Assembly (NCBI GenBank): GCA_030141605.1
Contig: JAQGDQ010000146.1
Coordinates: forward strand, 4,749-68,748
From: Tubiluchus corallicola
Taxonomy: Eukaryota > Animalia > Priapulida
Direction: 5' to 3'
DNA length: 64,000 nucleotides
Made by a program: the position numbers and the translations under genes. The notes under the pieces are model-generated. The model was given only the letters and a program-made list of their open reading frames with translations, did not search any database and had not been told where the DNA came from. Of this stretch, positions 36,065 through 47,519 are shown piece after piece. How positions within the stretch are numbered: position 1 is the first letter of the stretch; each line of letters starts with the position of its first letter.

Positions 36065-36745
36065 CATAGGTCGACATGTACTGGACTGTAACAAGGATAA
36101 CAACAAGTCCTTCTTCTGAACAGTTTGAATTATGGTAAGTTCACTGAGATTTTACAAATCTTTCTTAGTACATAAGTCGACATGTACTGGACTGTAACAA
36201 AGGTAACAACAAGTCCCTCTTCTGAACAGTTTGAATTATGGTGAGTTCACTGAGATTTTACAAATCTTTCTTAGTACATAAGTCGACATACACTGGACTG
36301 TAACAAGGGTAACAACAAGTCCTTCTTCTGAACAGTTTGAATTATGGTGAGTTCACTGAGATTTTACAAATCTTTCTTAGTACATAGGTCGACATGTACT
36401 GGACTGTAACAAGGGTAACAACAAGTCCTTCTTCTGAACAGTTTGAATTATGGTGAGTTCACTGAGATTTTACAAATCTTTCTTAGTACATAGGTCGACA
36501 TGTACTGGACTGTAACAAGGATAACAACAAGTTCTTCTTCTGAACAGTTTGAATTAAGGTGAGTTCACTGAGATTTTACAAATCTTTCTTAGTACATAGG
36601 TCGACATGTACTGGACTGTAACAAGGATAACAACAAGTCCTTCTTCTGGACAGTTTGAATTATGGTGAGTTCACTGAGATTTTACAAATCTTTCTTAGTA
36701 CATAAGTCGACATATACTGGCATGTAACAAAAGTAACAACAAGTC
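36065..36745. repeat. 106-bp minisatellite, about 6.4 copies
   Basis: GTCGAC recurs at 36070, 36176, 36282, 36388, 36494, 36600 and 36706. Confidence 0.95.
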
Positions 36746-36782
36746 AACAATGCAAGCAGCAACAGCAATAAAAATTACACAC

Positions 36783-39024
36783 CTGGTGGTCCTGGCGGTC
36801 CAGGTGGTCCTTCGACGGTTCTGCAGATTGGACATCCTGTAAAAATGCAATGCAACAAGTCAAGTAATTTCAACGATTGAGGTCTTGAGATTTAGCGCAT
36901 ATGTAATCAGATGGGATTGTGAATTAACAGACAGATTGGTTAGCAAGTAGAACGCTGTGAAGCAAGTGATTCAAACTCAAAGCAAAACACAATAAAAGTG
37001 ACTTTTAATTTAAAGAAAACTGACAACTAAGAATTCGGACGAGTAACACCACTGACGATTACTGTCTAAGCAGGAATAATTTTATTTAAAAGAATATCTT
37101 AATCATACTGTACACGGTTTCTTCACGAACAAGATCCATTTAACTGAGATAAAACAGAAATTGTGGACAAAGGAAAGCTGACAATTTTGCATTACGATTT
37201 ACTTATTCTAAATATATATCCAATATTTATAATCAATGTATAATCAATTTACTATAAGATCATTTTGGGTTAGTTCTTTTACAATATCTACATATATTGT
37301 AGTGTCTCTCTTTCTGTAAATGTTTCGAATGTCATTATCTTCTAAGCTGCGCTCGAGATTCACTCTTATATCTTTTCTAAGCAATGGTAACGGACAATGA
37401 AAAATTAAATGTTCTGGGGTTTGACTGCCCAAAGCGCAAACACACAGATCTGAATCAGTTATACCTCTCCTGTATTTAAATGATTTGCAACCTCTTCCAA
37501 GAGGCTGTTTACAGAGGGCAACCACCATACCGCGAATCATGATATAGGCATTACGGAAGATAGAAGACGTCTTACGGGTAACGCATCGTGTATTATTTCT
37601 TGCTCCTTGCGTCTAACAAGCTAGGATTACCATTCTCTTATTTACTCCCAAATGGCCTAGTCATTGTCATCAAATAAAGGCACGACAAATTAATTTAAAA
37701 CAGGAAGCGTTTTTGTTCAGAGCCAATAACACAATTTCGCCCAGAAAAGTTTTCTCCTAAACTAATTCGTAGCCCTTCATCTTGGTAGGAGTATTTGCGA
37801 AAGAAAGCCTTGCCATCGTGTAGCTGATTTCTCTTCTTTCCAAACAGCTATACGTTTTCCGTCAAAGACACCACCATCTCACCCCACCACCACAACCACC
37901 CCCACCCCCACCACCACCCCACCCCCACCAAACGCCGCTACGATGTTTATTGTACGCGGTGTTCTTCTAGGAATGGCCCGAGAAAAACCTTCAAAAATGC
38001 CCGTGGTGGTAAGGGAGGTGTTCTTTGAAAGAAATTTATAGCTTTTCTGGAAAGACGAGAACCCAGCTACACAGTGATACGGGCCTCTTTTACAGATGTC
38101 TCTATGAGCTTGAAGTTTTACAAATTAGATTGGAGACCGCATTTTTCTGAACGATCCTGTATAGAAATGAATAAAGCATGATTTTATCGTCTTACCACAA
38201 AGTGTACCGGTATATCCAGATCTACAGGTACAAGTAAATACGCCATCTTCCATCCCATCTGTATCGGAACATGTTGCACCATTTTTACAAGGATTCGTGG
38301 TACAGTCATCTGTATAGATACAAAATAAAACATGAAAACAAATGAGCAATGAATGTCAAGACTACAGACACACAGATATTACACAAATAAAATAAAATTA
38401 TTTAGTGTAGTAAAGCTACATATAAAAACTAGCGTCATAAGTGCTTTTTATATGCTGAAAATGCACATGCAAAAAGTGACAGGTTTCCAAATATTGCTAA
38501 AAGCATTTTTTACGAAGAATTTACTGTAGTAAACAATTTCTTATTGTACTAACGACGTTTTGAGAGCACACTCCTTCTCCTCTTCAGATCACCATAACAT
38601 GCAATCTAAAAAGTTTGAAAATTCAAATATAGATACATATAAGAATTATCATTTAGGCAAGAGCTGCCATGAATCACAATAAATAACACGTATGCGGTAT
38701 TCTGTGTTAAAGAAGCCAACTTATTTACACTGTTACTCGTGTAACTCACCTAGTATTGAAGTAAGAGTGTAATGAGTAAAAGAATCGCAGAAAATTCTTA
38801 AAGCTCTTTAAAATGAACTTTGAAAAATTTTGATACTAGGTGGTGTAAACGAGTGATAGTGTAAATAACATTCAGCATTAGTTCCTCCCTGAACACAGAA
38901 AATAGTGTATTGTATTAATAGACATAAATATACCTAGCACTGCTGCTGCATCACAAACACGCGTAATTGCAGCAATCACTAAAAAGCCAAACAAAGCTCG
39001 TCTTCTTTCAGTCGCCATCATCAT
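36783..39024 (-). CDS. Secreted EGF + collagen-like protein, first three coding exons (3' part absent)
   Basis: Exons 38934-39024 (MMMATERRRALFGFLVIAAITRVCDAAAVL, signal peptide), 38196-38309 (EGF DDCTTNPCKNGATC..CTCRSGYTGTLC) and 36783-36836 (54 nt, GCPICRTVEGPPGPPGPP); all phase 1, AG/GT. Confidence 0.78.
37244..37560 (-). mobile_element. LINE 3' remnant (RT C-terminal Cys/His motif)
   Basis: SDLCVCALGSQTPEHLIFHCP matches the C-x-C..QT-x-EH..CP motif found at LINE ORF2 ends. Confidence 0.55.
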
Positions 39025-39555
39025 TTCTGGAGACGCTGTTTTACTGCAAGAAATTTTGCAGAACTGTATAAATTCATTGACGATCTAGCACAGTACAAAA
39101 AACCTTTTCACAGTTTCACTGTAATTGCTGTAGGTCAAAGGTTAAGTGCACCACAGCAACGTGTCTTAACTACAAGCGTCACGTGACATGTGGGTAAAGC
39201 AAAGCTTATTGCCGCATCGGTTCAGTAAATTTAGTTGTTTTACGTGGACTTTACTTAATTAAACATTAGTATATGCGCAAATTTACTAGCAGGATGCTGC
39301 TGGGGAACAAGAAAAAATGAACTAGGTAAGGTTCTAGCTAGCTGTTAAAATTGCTACTATTACAATAGCATGGGCTGCGAGGCGTTGTCAAGTGTACACA
39401 AACGCGTTGCTATGGTATACTTAACCTTTGACCTTTTCACGATCATCATCAATCGCTGGAACTGTGCAATCACAATACATTACAAAAGCAATGCAATATA
39501 TTACAATAGATCAAAGAGAAAACTACTCAGACAGAACATCGTACTTGGGGTATAA

Positions 39556-39623
39556 TCATCATACAACACATAATAATAATAATAGTAATAATCATAATAA
39601 TAACAATAATAATAATAATAATA
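39556..39623. repeat. (AAT)n microsatellite
   Basis: Direct reading. Confidence 0.9.
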
Positions 39624-40332
39624 AACAGTATTTACAATAGCTAAATATTACAATCATATTACATTATATTGTGTTATATTACAAAATTTATTCCGTTTTC
39701 ACACTTCCAGAACATAACAGTTTTAGAAATGAAATTACAATTTTCAAACAATTTATATAAGAATTTAGCAAAAACTTTGTTTTAAAAGCCAAATTGCTTA
39801 GATTATTGAGGAATGTAAAACAGCTTAGGCTACTACTTATGCAAGACCATCATAATTACAATATTATACATAATTTACATGTAATAAGAAGCAATATTTG
39901 AAAATATTTATAAACTGGTACGTAAATAATATTATTAGCTGTGATTAAACTTATAGCAGTACCTTTTACGATTATCGAAAATTTTAACCATTTCAGGATG
40001 CGAATCATCAATATGTTTAGAACTAAAAATAACAGCGAAAAAAGTTTTTACATACCTTGTCTGCAGTAACAATGTCCTAAGAGCCAAACGGAACGAGCTC
40101 CACGAACTTTCTCACCTGCTAAATGATTTCAGATGATCACCTCATTTGGTCAGAAGGTTAAAGTGGAACTACATACTTTACCTTCCTGACATATTGGTGC
40201 TAATCACGAGGGTCGCTTTGTTAATTACGTCGCAGGTTAATAATGCAACGAGAAAGTCAGCACAAGTTTGCTTACTGAAATGCATTTAAGAACAACGAAT
40301 CATGAAAATGTTTCACACGAATTTTTTTAAGA

Positions 40333-41112
40333 CTCAGTCGGTCGGTCATTCAGTCAGTCGTTCGGTCGGTCAGTCAGTTTATGATAGTTTGTCAGTTTTA
40401 GTTTTTGCGTGTCGGGGCTTGTTGCTACTGTTTCTTATGCAGTGTAACAGTCAGAGAATCAGTCAGTTGGTTGGTCGGTCAGTCAGTTTATGATAGTTTG
40501 TCAGTTTTAGTTTTTGGGTGTCGGGGCTTGTTTGTACTGTTTTTTATGCAGTGAAACAGTCAGTTGGTTGGTCGGTCAGTCAGTTTAGGATAGTTTGTCA
40601 GTTTTAGTTTTTGGGTGTCGGGGCTTGTTTGTACTGTTGCTTATGCAGTGCAACAGTCAGTGAATCAGTCAGTTGGTTGGTCGGTCAGTCAGTTTATGAT
40701 AATTTGTCAGTTTTAGTTTTTGCGTGTCGGGGTTTGTTAGTACTGTTTCTTATGCAGTGAAACAGTCAGTGAATCAGTCAGTTGGTTGGTCGGTCAGTCA
40801 GTTTAGGATAGTTTGTCAGTTTTAGTTTTTGGGTGTCGGGGTTTGTTTGTACTGTTGCTTATGCAGTGCAACAGTCAGTGAATCAGTCAGTTGGTTGGTC
40901 GGTCAGTCAGTTTATGATAATTTGTCAGTTTTAGTTTTTGCGTGTCGGGGTTTGTTAGTACTGTTTCTTATGCAGTGAAACAGTCAGTGAATCAGTCAGT
41001 TGGTTGGTCGGTCAGTCAGTAGTAGTTTCAGTTTTTGCGTGTCGGGACTTGCTTGTACTGTTTCTTATGCAGTAAAACAGCCAGTGAATCAGTCAGTTGG
41101 TTAGTCGGTCAG
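40333..41112. repeat. ~109-bp minisatellite, about 7 copies with alternating variants
   Basis: ATGCAGT recurs at 40437, 40546, 40643, 40752, 40861, 40970 and 41067 (periods 109/97). Confidence 0.92.
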
Positions 41113-41350
41113 GGGAAGGTGATAACAAGATGGGAATTTCCTCTTTTTGATGGCCACTGAGCTTAGAATGACACCTGCGGGGGGGTATGTGCACCTGACC
41201 AGCAAACTGCGTTATACACTATTTGCCAAAAGTCTGTTATGGACAAAACCCGTTTATGGAGGGGGTCCTGAGTTGGGTGCATTGAGTTCATACAAGCAAC
41301 TTTTGCCGTGGCTAAATTTTCTGTAACGTCGTGCGTGAATAAGTACTAAC

Positions 41351-41842
41351 TGAATGAATGAATGAATGAATGAATGAAAGAGTGAATGAACGAATGAGTG
41401 AAAGAATGAATGAATGAAAGAATGAATGAATAAATGAATGAATGAATGAATGAATGAATGAATGAATGAATGAATGAATGAATGAATGAATGAATGAATG
41501 AATGAATGAATGAATGAATGAATGAATGAATGAATGGACGAATGAACGGACGGACGGATGAATGAATGAATGAATGAATGGGTGAATGAATGAATGAATG
41601 AATGAATGAATGAATGAATGAATGAATGAATGAATGAATGAATGAATGAATGAATGAATGAATGAATGAATGAATGAATGAATGAATGAATGAAAGAGTG
41701 AATGAATGAATGAATGAAAAGATGGAATAGAATGAATGAATGAATGAATGAATGAATGAATGAATGAATGAATGAATGAATGAATGAATGAATGAATGAA
41801 TGAATGAATGAATGAATGAATGAATGAATTAGTGAATGAATG
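41351..41842. repeat. (GAAT)n microsatellite
   Basis: Direct reading. Confidence 0.97.
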
Positions 41843-43033
41843 CAGCAGAAACTGTTTAACGTCTCGTGATTTAAGCCATTAGGGAGACAACAGTATTCGG
41901 GGAAAGAGGACCGCAAAAGTGGTATCAAAGCTGTATGCCGCTCAGAGACAGCCTATGTGTAATTCATAACATAAAATGGAACTAAAAAAGCCCCTAAAGG
42001 CTTCCTAGTCGCAATAAACAATGTTTGAAATAAAACAACGAAGCAGGCATAGATAACAGTATAGTTTTAACCAAAGTTGGACAACTATGGATCTTAAAGA
42101 TTATTAGAAAATGACGACTAAGCTTGTTCGCAAAGTTTGCTGCAAATTTTAGCAAGATCGTCGACATTTGTGCCTAAAGTTTTTACATTACCTTGTTGTA
42201 AAAGGAGCTCACAACGAAAAATGAACCACAAACTTTCTCCACGATCTCGAAGTACTAGTAGCGGACGTCAGAAGACCACCTCATTTTAAGGTTAGACATT
42301 AAAATTGCTCTACATGCCTAATTACTACTTTTTGTTTGACAAGTCAGTGCTAATGGAGGATTGCCCTTCTAATTACGTCACAAGTCAGACTGTCAGAGTG
42401 CAATTAGAAAATCGGCAGAATTCTTGCTCTAAGGCATAAGTACAATGCACACTTCTTAGAGATTAGTGTTACCTAAAATGTTAAATAAAATTACTTGTGC
42501 TCAATACAGACATTTTTTGTATAGTGACCAGTGCATAGTACATTTTTGCATAATATTCTGGACCGGGTTCGATGGCTTAGTGGTCTAAAACTACAAATTG
42601 CAGATATTACTAATATGTTTATTGACGACTTACAATCCATACAATTACAATTGTAATTACAAGTTACAAAGCATTACATAAACAAAGCAGTACATTACAA
42701 TGAAGTCAAAAACTTTTTACGAATACAGTAACTGGACATGTGCTGTGATAATAGACCCCATATCATTAAACATAGCCCATTGGACGCTTGTCGAATGTTT
42801 TGCAGAACGGCAGAGAAATGGGTCTTACACAAGAACAGTCTTCTTTGTGGAGACTATTAGGGTCTTTCTGGACAACCATAAACCGAATCTACGTTAGACC
42901 TATACGACTCCGAGGCAAAAGAATTTAATGGTTGAAGCCTTTTTCCACTGAATATTAATTGTCAAAGATCGTTAAATGGGCAAGTACGTTCTACAGCATG
43001 GACCAGTAATCAGGACTTAATCTTGTCACATCT

Positions 43034-43607
43034 AATGGCAGACAATGGCAGGCAATGGCAGACAATGGTAGACAATGGCAGACAATGGTAGACAATGGTA
43101 GACAATGGCGGGCAATGGCAGACAATGGCAGACAATGGCGGGCAATGGCAGACAATGGCAGGCAATGGCTGACAATGGCGGGCAATGGCAGACAATGGCA
43201 GACAATGGTAGACAATGGCGGGCAATGGCAGACAATGGTAGACAATGGCAGACAATGGCGGGCAATGGCAGACAATGGTAGACAATGGCGGGCAATGGCA
43301 GACAATGGTAGACAATGGCGGGCAATGGCAGACAATGGTAGACAATGGCGGGCAATGGCAGACAATGGCAGGCAATGGCAGACAATGGCAGACAATGGTA
43401 GACAATGGCGGGCAATGGCAGACAATGGTAGACAATGGCGGGCAATGGCAGACAATGGTAGACAATGGCGGGCAATGGCAGACAATGGTAGACAATGGCG
43501 GGCAATGGCAGACAATGGCAGGCAATGGCAGACAATGGCAGACAATGGTAGACAATGGCGGGCAATGGCAGACAATGGCAGACAATGGTAGACAATGGCG
43601 GGCAATA
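43034..43607. repeat. 10-bp minisatellite (GACAATGGCA variants) with a 30-bp higher-order period
   Basis: GACAATGGCA/GACAATGGTA/GACAATGGCG/GGCAATGGCA units. Confidence 0.97.
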
Positions 43608-44296
43608 GCTGACCATTTTGAATAAAGTCTTTGGTACTTGGTTTCAAATTTTTGAGACATTAGCCTTACTAATAAACGCAATTTCAATGTTCTATTTGCC
43701 AAACTTCACTGTCATTTTTTTAACTTTTCTCATCAAATTTAATAACATTCGAAACATTCTTAAAGGAAAACCGGATGATTGTGTAAACATTAGTTCAGAA
43801 TAAAGAATGCACTAAAATTTTGAAAACTACAATACGTTTTTTTAAATCAAAGTTTAGATGAAATAATAATTACCTCGGATACTCAAATTTCGTTAAACTT
43901 TCAAAGTTACGCGCGGCTCAGTGAATCTACTAAGATTGGCAACGGCGCCTTTTTGTCACATTCGCATGGCCGACAAATAGAGGTGGTACTGTGATAACCA
44001 TTATCATGAACTGCAGTGTTGGTTTTTGACGTCTTATGACATAGAGCCCATTTTCATGACATCACACGTTTAAACAGTAACACTTACGGAAACGTGCTTG
44101 ACGCGAAAGGGAGATGCCTGCCGTTGCGCAAACTGTGGTTAGTTTCTGACGTAAGAAATAACTGTGTTCGGTTGCCGTTAATTAACTTTCTAAGCTAACT
44201 ATTCTTTATAGGCAAGAAAATGTATATTTTGGACAGTAAATTAAAATGAGATTGAGTCTAAACAATCGTCCGGTTTTCCTTTAAACTTTGGTTTAT

Positions 44297-44624
44297 TTAG
44301 TTTGACAAGACAGAAAGTTGCCAGCTCATGCGACATCCTCCTCCTCGTCCATCAGTGTCATCCCTGTAAAAGGGAGTCCAGAATCCAGCCCATGCGCACA
44401 GCTTGCGTGCGGCTCCCCCACCACATTGACCGCCGTCACCATCCGGGTGCCAGCTCATGCGACATCCTCCTGACCCAGGGCTCAGCGTTGCTAGGAACGC
44501 TCAGTTTCCATGACATTCTGCACCCGCCTCCTCGATCGTCCGTGTCATCCCGATAGTAGGGCGTGTACTGCCCCACCTGTGCACACCTGATGTACTCGTG
44601 GTTACGTTGATTCACACCATTACA
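44297..44624 (-). pseudogene. Frameshifted terminal exon with two Cys-rich repeats resembling the invertebrate MACPF accessory domain (perivitellin-2 67 kDa-like)
   Basis: tctttgcag|CNGVNQRNHEYIRCAQVGQYTPYYRDDTDDRGGGCRMSWKLSVPSNAEPWV, then in another frame WHPDGDGGQCGGGAARKLCAWAGFWTPFYRDDTDGRGGGCRMSWQLSVLSN*; AATAAA overlaps the stop. Family assignment is from memory of the YRDDTD-x-RGGGC motif. Confidence 0.65.
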
Positions 44625-45093
44625 CTGCAAAGAAAGAACGAAGATAAAGTAAGCCAACTTTTTACCTGTGTATAAGTTATAAGTTTATTTATTTCCACTC
44701 TGCGTCTAACTGTTATAATAAAAATACAGATAATTTCACTGAAGTAAACATAAATATAAATGCAATATTATCCAGAAATTACAAAAGAGATTCTTATGCA
44801 GCATATACATGTGCAAATTACATTACAGAGTAATTTTGATGCATACAGTTTGAGCCTAAAAGCATAGCTTGACAGGCCAAACTTTACGTGGAAATCTTAA
44901 AGAAGTGATTAATAATTCAAATAATCATCAAGTATACATAAAAGTGGGGCGGAGGGAGTAGTGAATGAAAGATGAAATGGAGTGAGAACTAAGAAAAACT
45001 GTGATTATGATTATAAAGTGTTTAGTAACCTGTTGAGCATAGTCACGTTTTATTAAAATTACTGTGGAAAAAGAATGCAGGTGATTACCATTA

Positions 45094-45300
45094 TCAAACT
45101 GTGTTACTCTCAATACTTTTGAAATATTTCTTTTCTGACGGTTTTTTTTTTAAAGTTGAAAGGGAGTGACTACATTTTGAATTGCGGCTTAGTCTATTCC
45201 ATTGGACTGGTCCCATATAGCTAATGCACTCGTACTTTTGCATAGCTGCAACCGATTTTCCTGTTCCGAGATGTTCGTGGAATTTACTTTTTATCAATAA
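45094..45300 (-). mobile_element. LINE 3'-end remnant
   Basis: ISYMGPVQWNRL..SLSTLKKK, typical of L2/Crack ORF2 C-termini. Confidence 0.5.
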
Positions 45301-45559
45301 ATGTTAAATAATAAAATGCTTGCGTAAATCAAAATTATGTTAATTTGTTGAAGTTCAGACATTGCTCTTATTCAGTGTTAAAAACAATTTTACTATAAAA
45401 TGCTCAAATACACCAAATAATATCAAAGAACTATCTAAGAAAAGCTAGTAATTTGTATTGTTACATAAAAATAAAAACAAAATAAAGGGATTTTCAAGTA
45501 AGTATAAAAAATATAGGTCTATATCACATGACATGACAAGAAAACAAATAATATATACT

Positions 45560-46300
45560 ACTGAGTATACAGATTCACAAGACCTAAGCAAACTGGTTAA
45601 CAGTGAACTAAATATGATAGAAAAATACATGAAAGCCAACAGATTTTAACTAATTTAAAACTAAATTTATGCTAAAAACAATAAAACAAAAATAGGTGGA
45701 GCAGAAGACTGGTCATATTAGTTAATAAGAAACTGTCATGGGAGCACACATCAAATATATCAAAATACAAGTTAAGTCGCATATATTGAAACGAATTAAA
45801 ACTAAGGAAATATGTTAATCAAGCAACTCTAAAACTCATATACCAATCAATACCATATCTGTACTTAAATTACTGCATTCTAACCTGGGGAAGAGCATAT
45901 TCATCAACACTAAAACGGCTAAAAACACATCAATATAAAATCGTCAAACTTATAACATTTGCTGGAAAATCTGATCATGCTACTCCATCATTCATGCTGG
46001 CATTACGAAAACTTAGAGACACTTTAAAATTTAAAATCACTAAAATTTATGTGCAAGTACAAGTGGGGTTTCTTTCCAAATATTTTTAATGATCATTTCA
46101 CGCCTCTTGCAGAAGTACATTCTTACTATACCAGAGTTGCTAGTAGTGATATTTTTTTGTAGAGAGGTTCCAAATTAGATGCAGATTTAAATGTGTTAAA
46201 CGAAGGGAGCTATATTATAGCGGAGCTAAACTCCCTACAAAGAACATCAATATTGGCCCTATAAAATCATTATTAACAGTTACAAAAAACCGCTAATAGA
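45560..46300 (+). mobile_element. Degraded L2/Crack-like LINE RT remnant
   Basis: Fragments read YLNYCILTWG, DHATPSF and VHSYYTR across many stops and frameshifts. Confidence 0.6.
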
Positions 46301-47039
46301 CATATATGCATTACCATTAAATTAATTACAGCTTACGTTATGACTATTAACAGCGACACTTATATTTACTAATATTATTGGTAAAAAAAACCTACAAAAT
46401 TGTGCAAATATGCAGTGAAAATTAGTTAAATATGGGAAGTATGTGTCCCATGTGACATTGAGATTAATTTCTTCATTTGATTTACAATTGTATAAAAAAA
46501 ATGTTTCACAAAACTCAATTGCGTGTATCGACTACTTCTCGGCACTCACATTAATTACTGCTTTTCTTTTTCAGTTATTTAACCATATATGCATTATTTT
46601 TGCAAAAATGTGAACATTATTGTTATTATTCATATAGTAATTATTTATTGGGATGCCTTTATACCACTTGTACTTTTTTCTCAATTATGTCATTATTGTT
46701 ATGCGTAGATTCGTATTTCAAATTTTATTCACGTTGTCAGCAATAGCTGCCATGTTTAATATTTTACTTTTTATATTTGCCTTGATTATTCCTTTTATGT
46801 ACACTAACTAAAGTTACAACTAGTTTCATCACAATTTTTTGCTGATATTACAAAACTGATTTACAGGGGATGGGTGACAAGATGACCTATTGTTTTTCCT
46901 CTCTCCGTTTCCTTGGATACAGTATTTTGTAAAATGGTATATTTGTTACATTATTGGAGAAAATAAAAGTCTATGTCTATGTCAATGCAACATTGACCAA
47001 AGCGACAATAATTTAAATTTTAGCAAGTGCTTAAATGAG

Positions 47040-47446
47040 TGGGGGTGAGCATTCTCTACCAGAAAGCGAATTCGAATCGAACCGAATTTGTGACTTTCGA
47101 ATTCGAATCGAACCGAACTTCAGTGTTTCGAATTCGAACCGAATTCGAATTGAGATCGAAAGATTTTCGAACAAGTTTTCGAACCACCAGCAAAAATTAG
47201 TCTTACAAAGATCATGCATATCACTAGATTTTGTTCTGCAATAAAACGACTAGTAATTTCTTTAAAATTGTGTGCAGAAATCACAGCTAAATTATGCTAA
47301 TTGCATGATGTTTCAATCGTTTTAGTGATAAAGAACATATATGATTGAAGTGCTGAATTATTCGAATCTATAATTTTGGATTCGAATCGAGTTCGAACTA
47401 AAAAAACTCGTTCGAATCGAATTCGAGCGTTCGATGCTCACCCCTA
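47040..47446. mobile_element. hAT-like MITE with TTCGAA-rich subtermini
   Basis: TIR T(G)GGGGTGAGCAT / ATGCTCACCCCTA; near-TSD TTAAATGAG / TTAAAATGAG; GAATTCGAATCGAA repeats at both ends. Confidence 0.7.
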
Positions 47447-47519
47447 TTAAAATGAGTCTATTTATGATTGTGCCAGCACAAAGTTGTTTCTTTTCTACTG
47501 AAACGTTTTCAATGTTTGC

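Noticed and set aside
36065-36745. CRISPR-like regular array
   Set aside because: Whole units are near-identical with no unique spacers; eukaryotic context; no cas genes
37868-37930. C-rich CCACCC run (G-quadruplex potential on the minus strand)
   Set aside because: Low-complexity intronic repeat with no evidence of function
41254-41928. 224-aa ORF rich in HSFI
   Set aside because: Translation of the (GAAT)n microsatellite
42563-42588. Pol III A-box-like TGGCTTAGTGG (tRNA/SINE head)
   Set aside because: No B-box or cloverleaf follows; too short to call
42991-43702. Five overlapping repetitive ORFs (CLPLSAIARH, MADNGRQW)
   Set aside because: Artefact of a stop-free 10-bp minisatellite that is open in most frames
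47060-47435. TTCGAA clusters as heat-shock elements
   Set aside because: Spacing is TTCGAA, not TTCnnGAA; explained as MITE subterminal repeats
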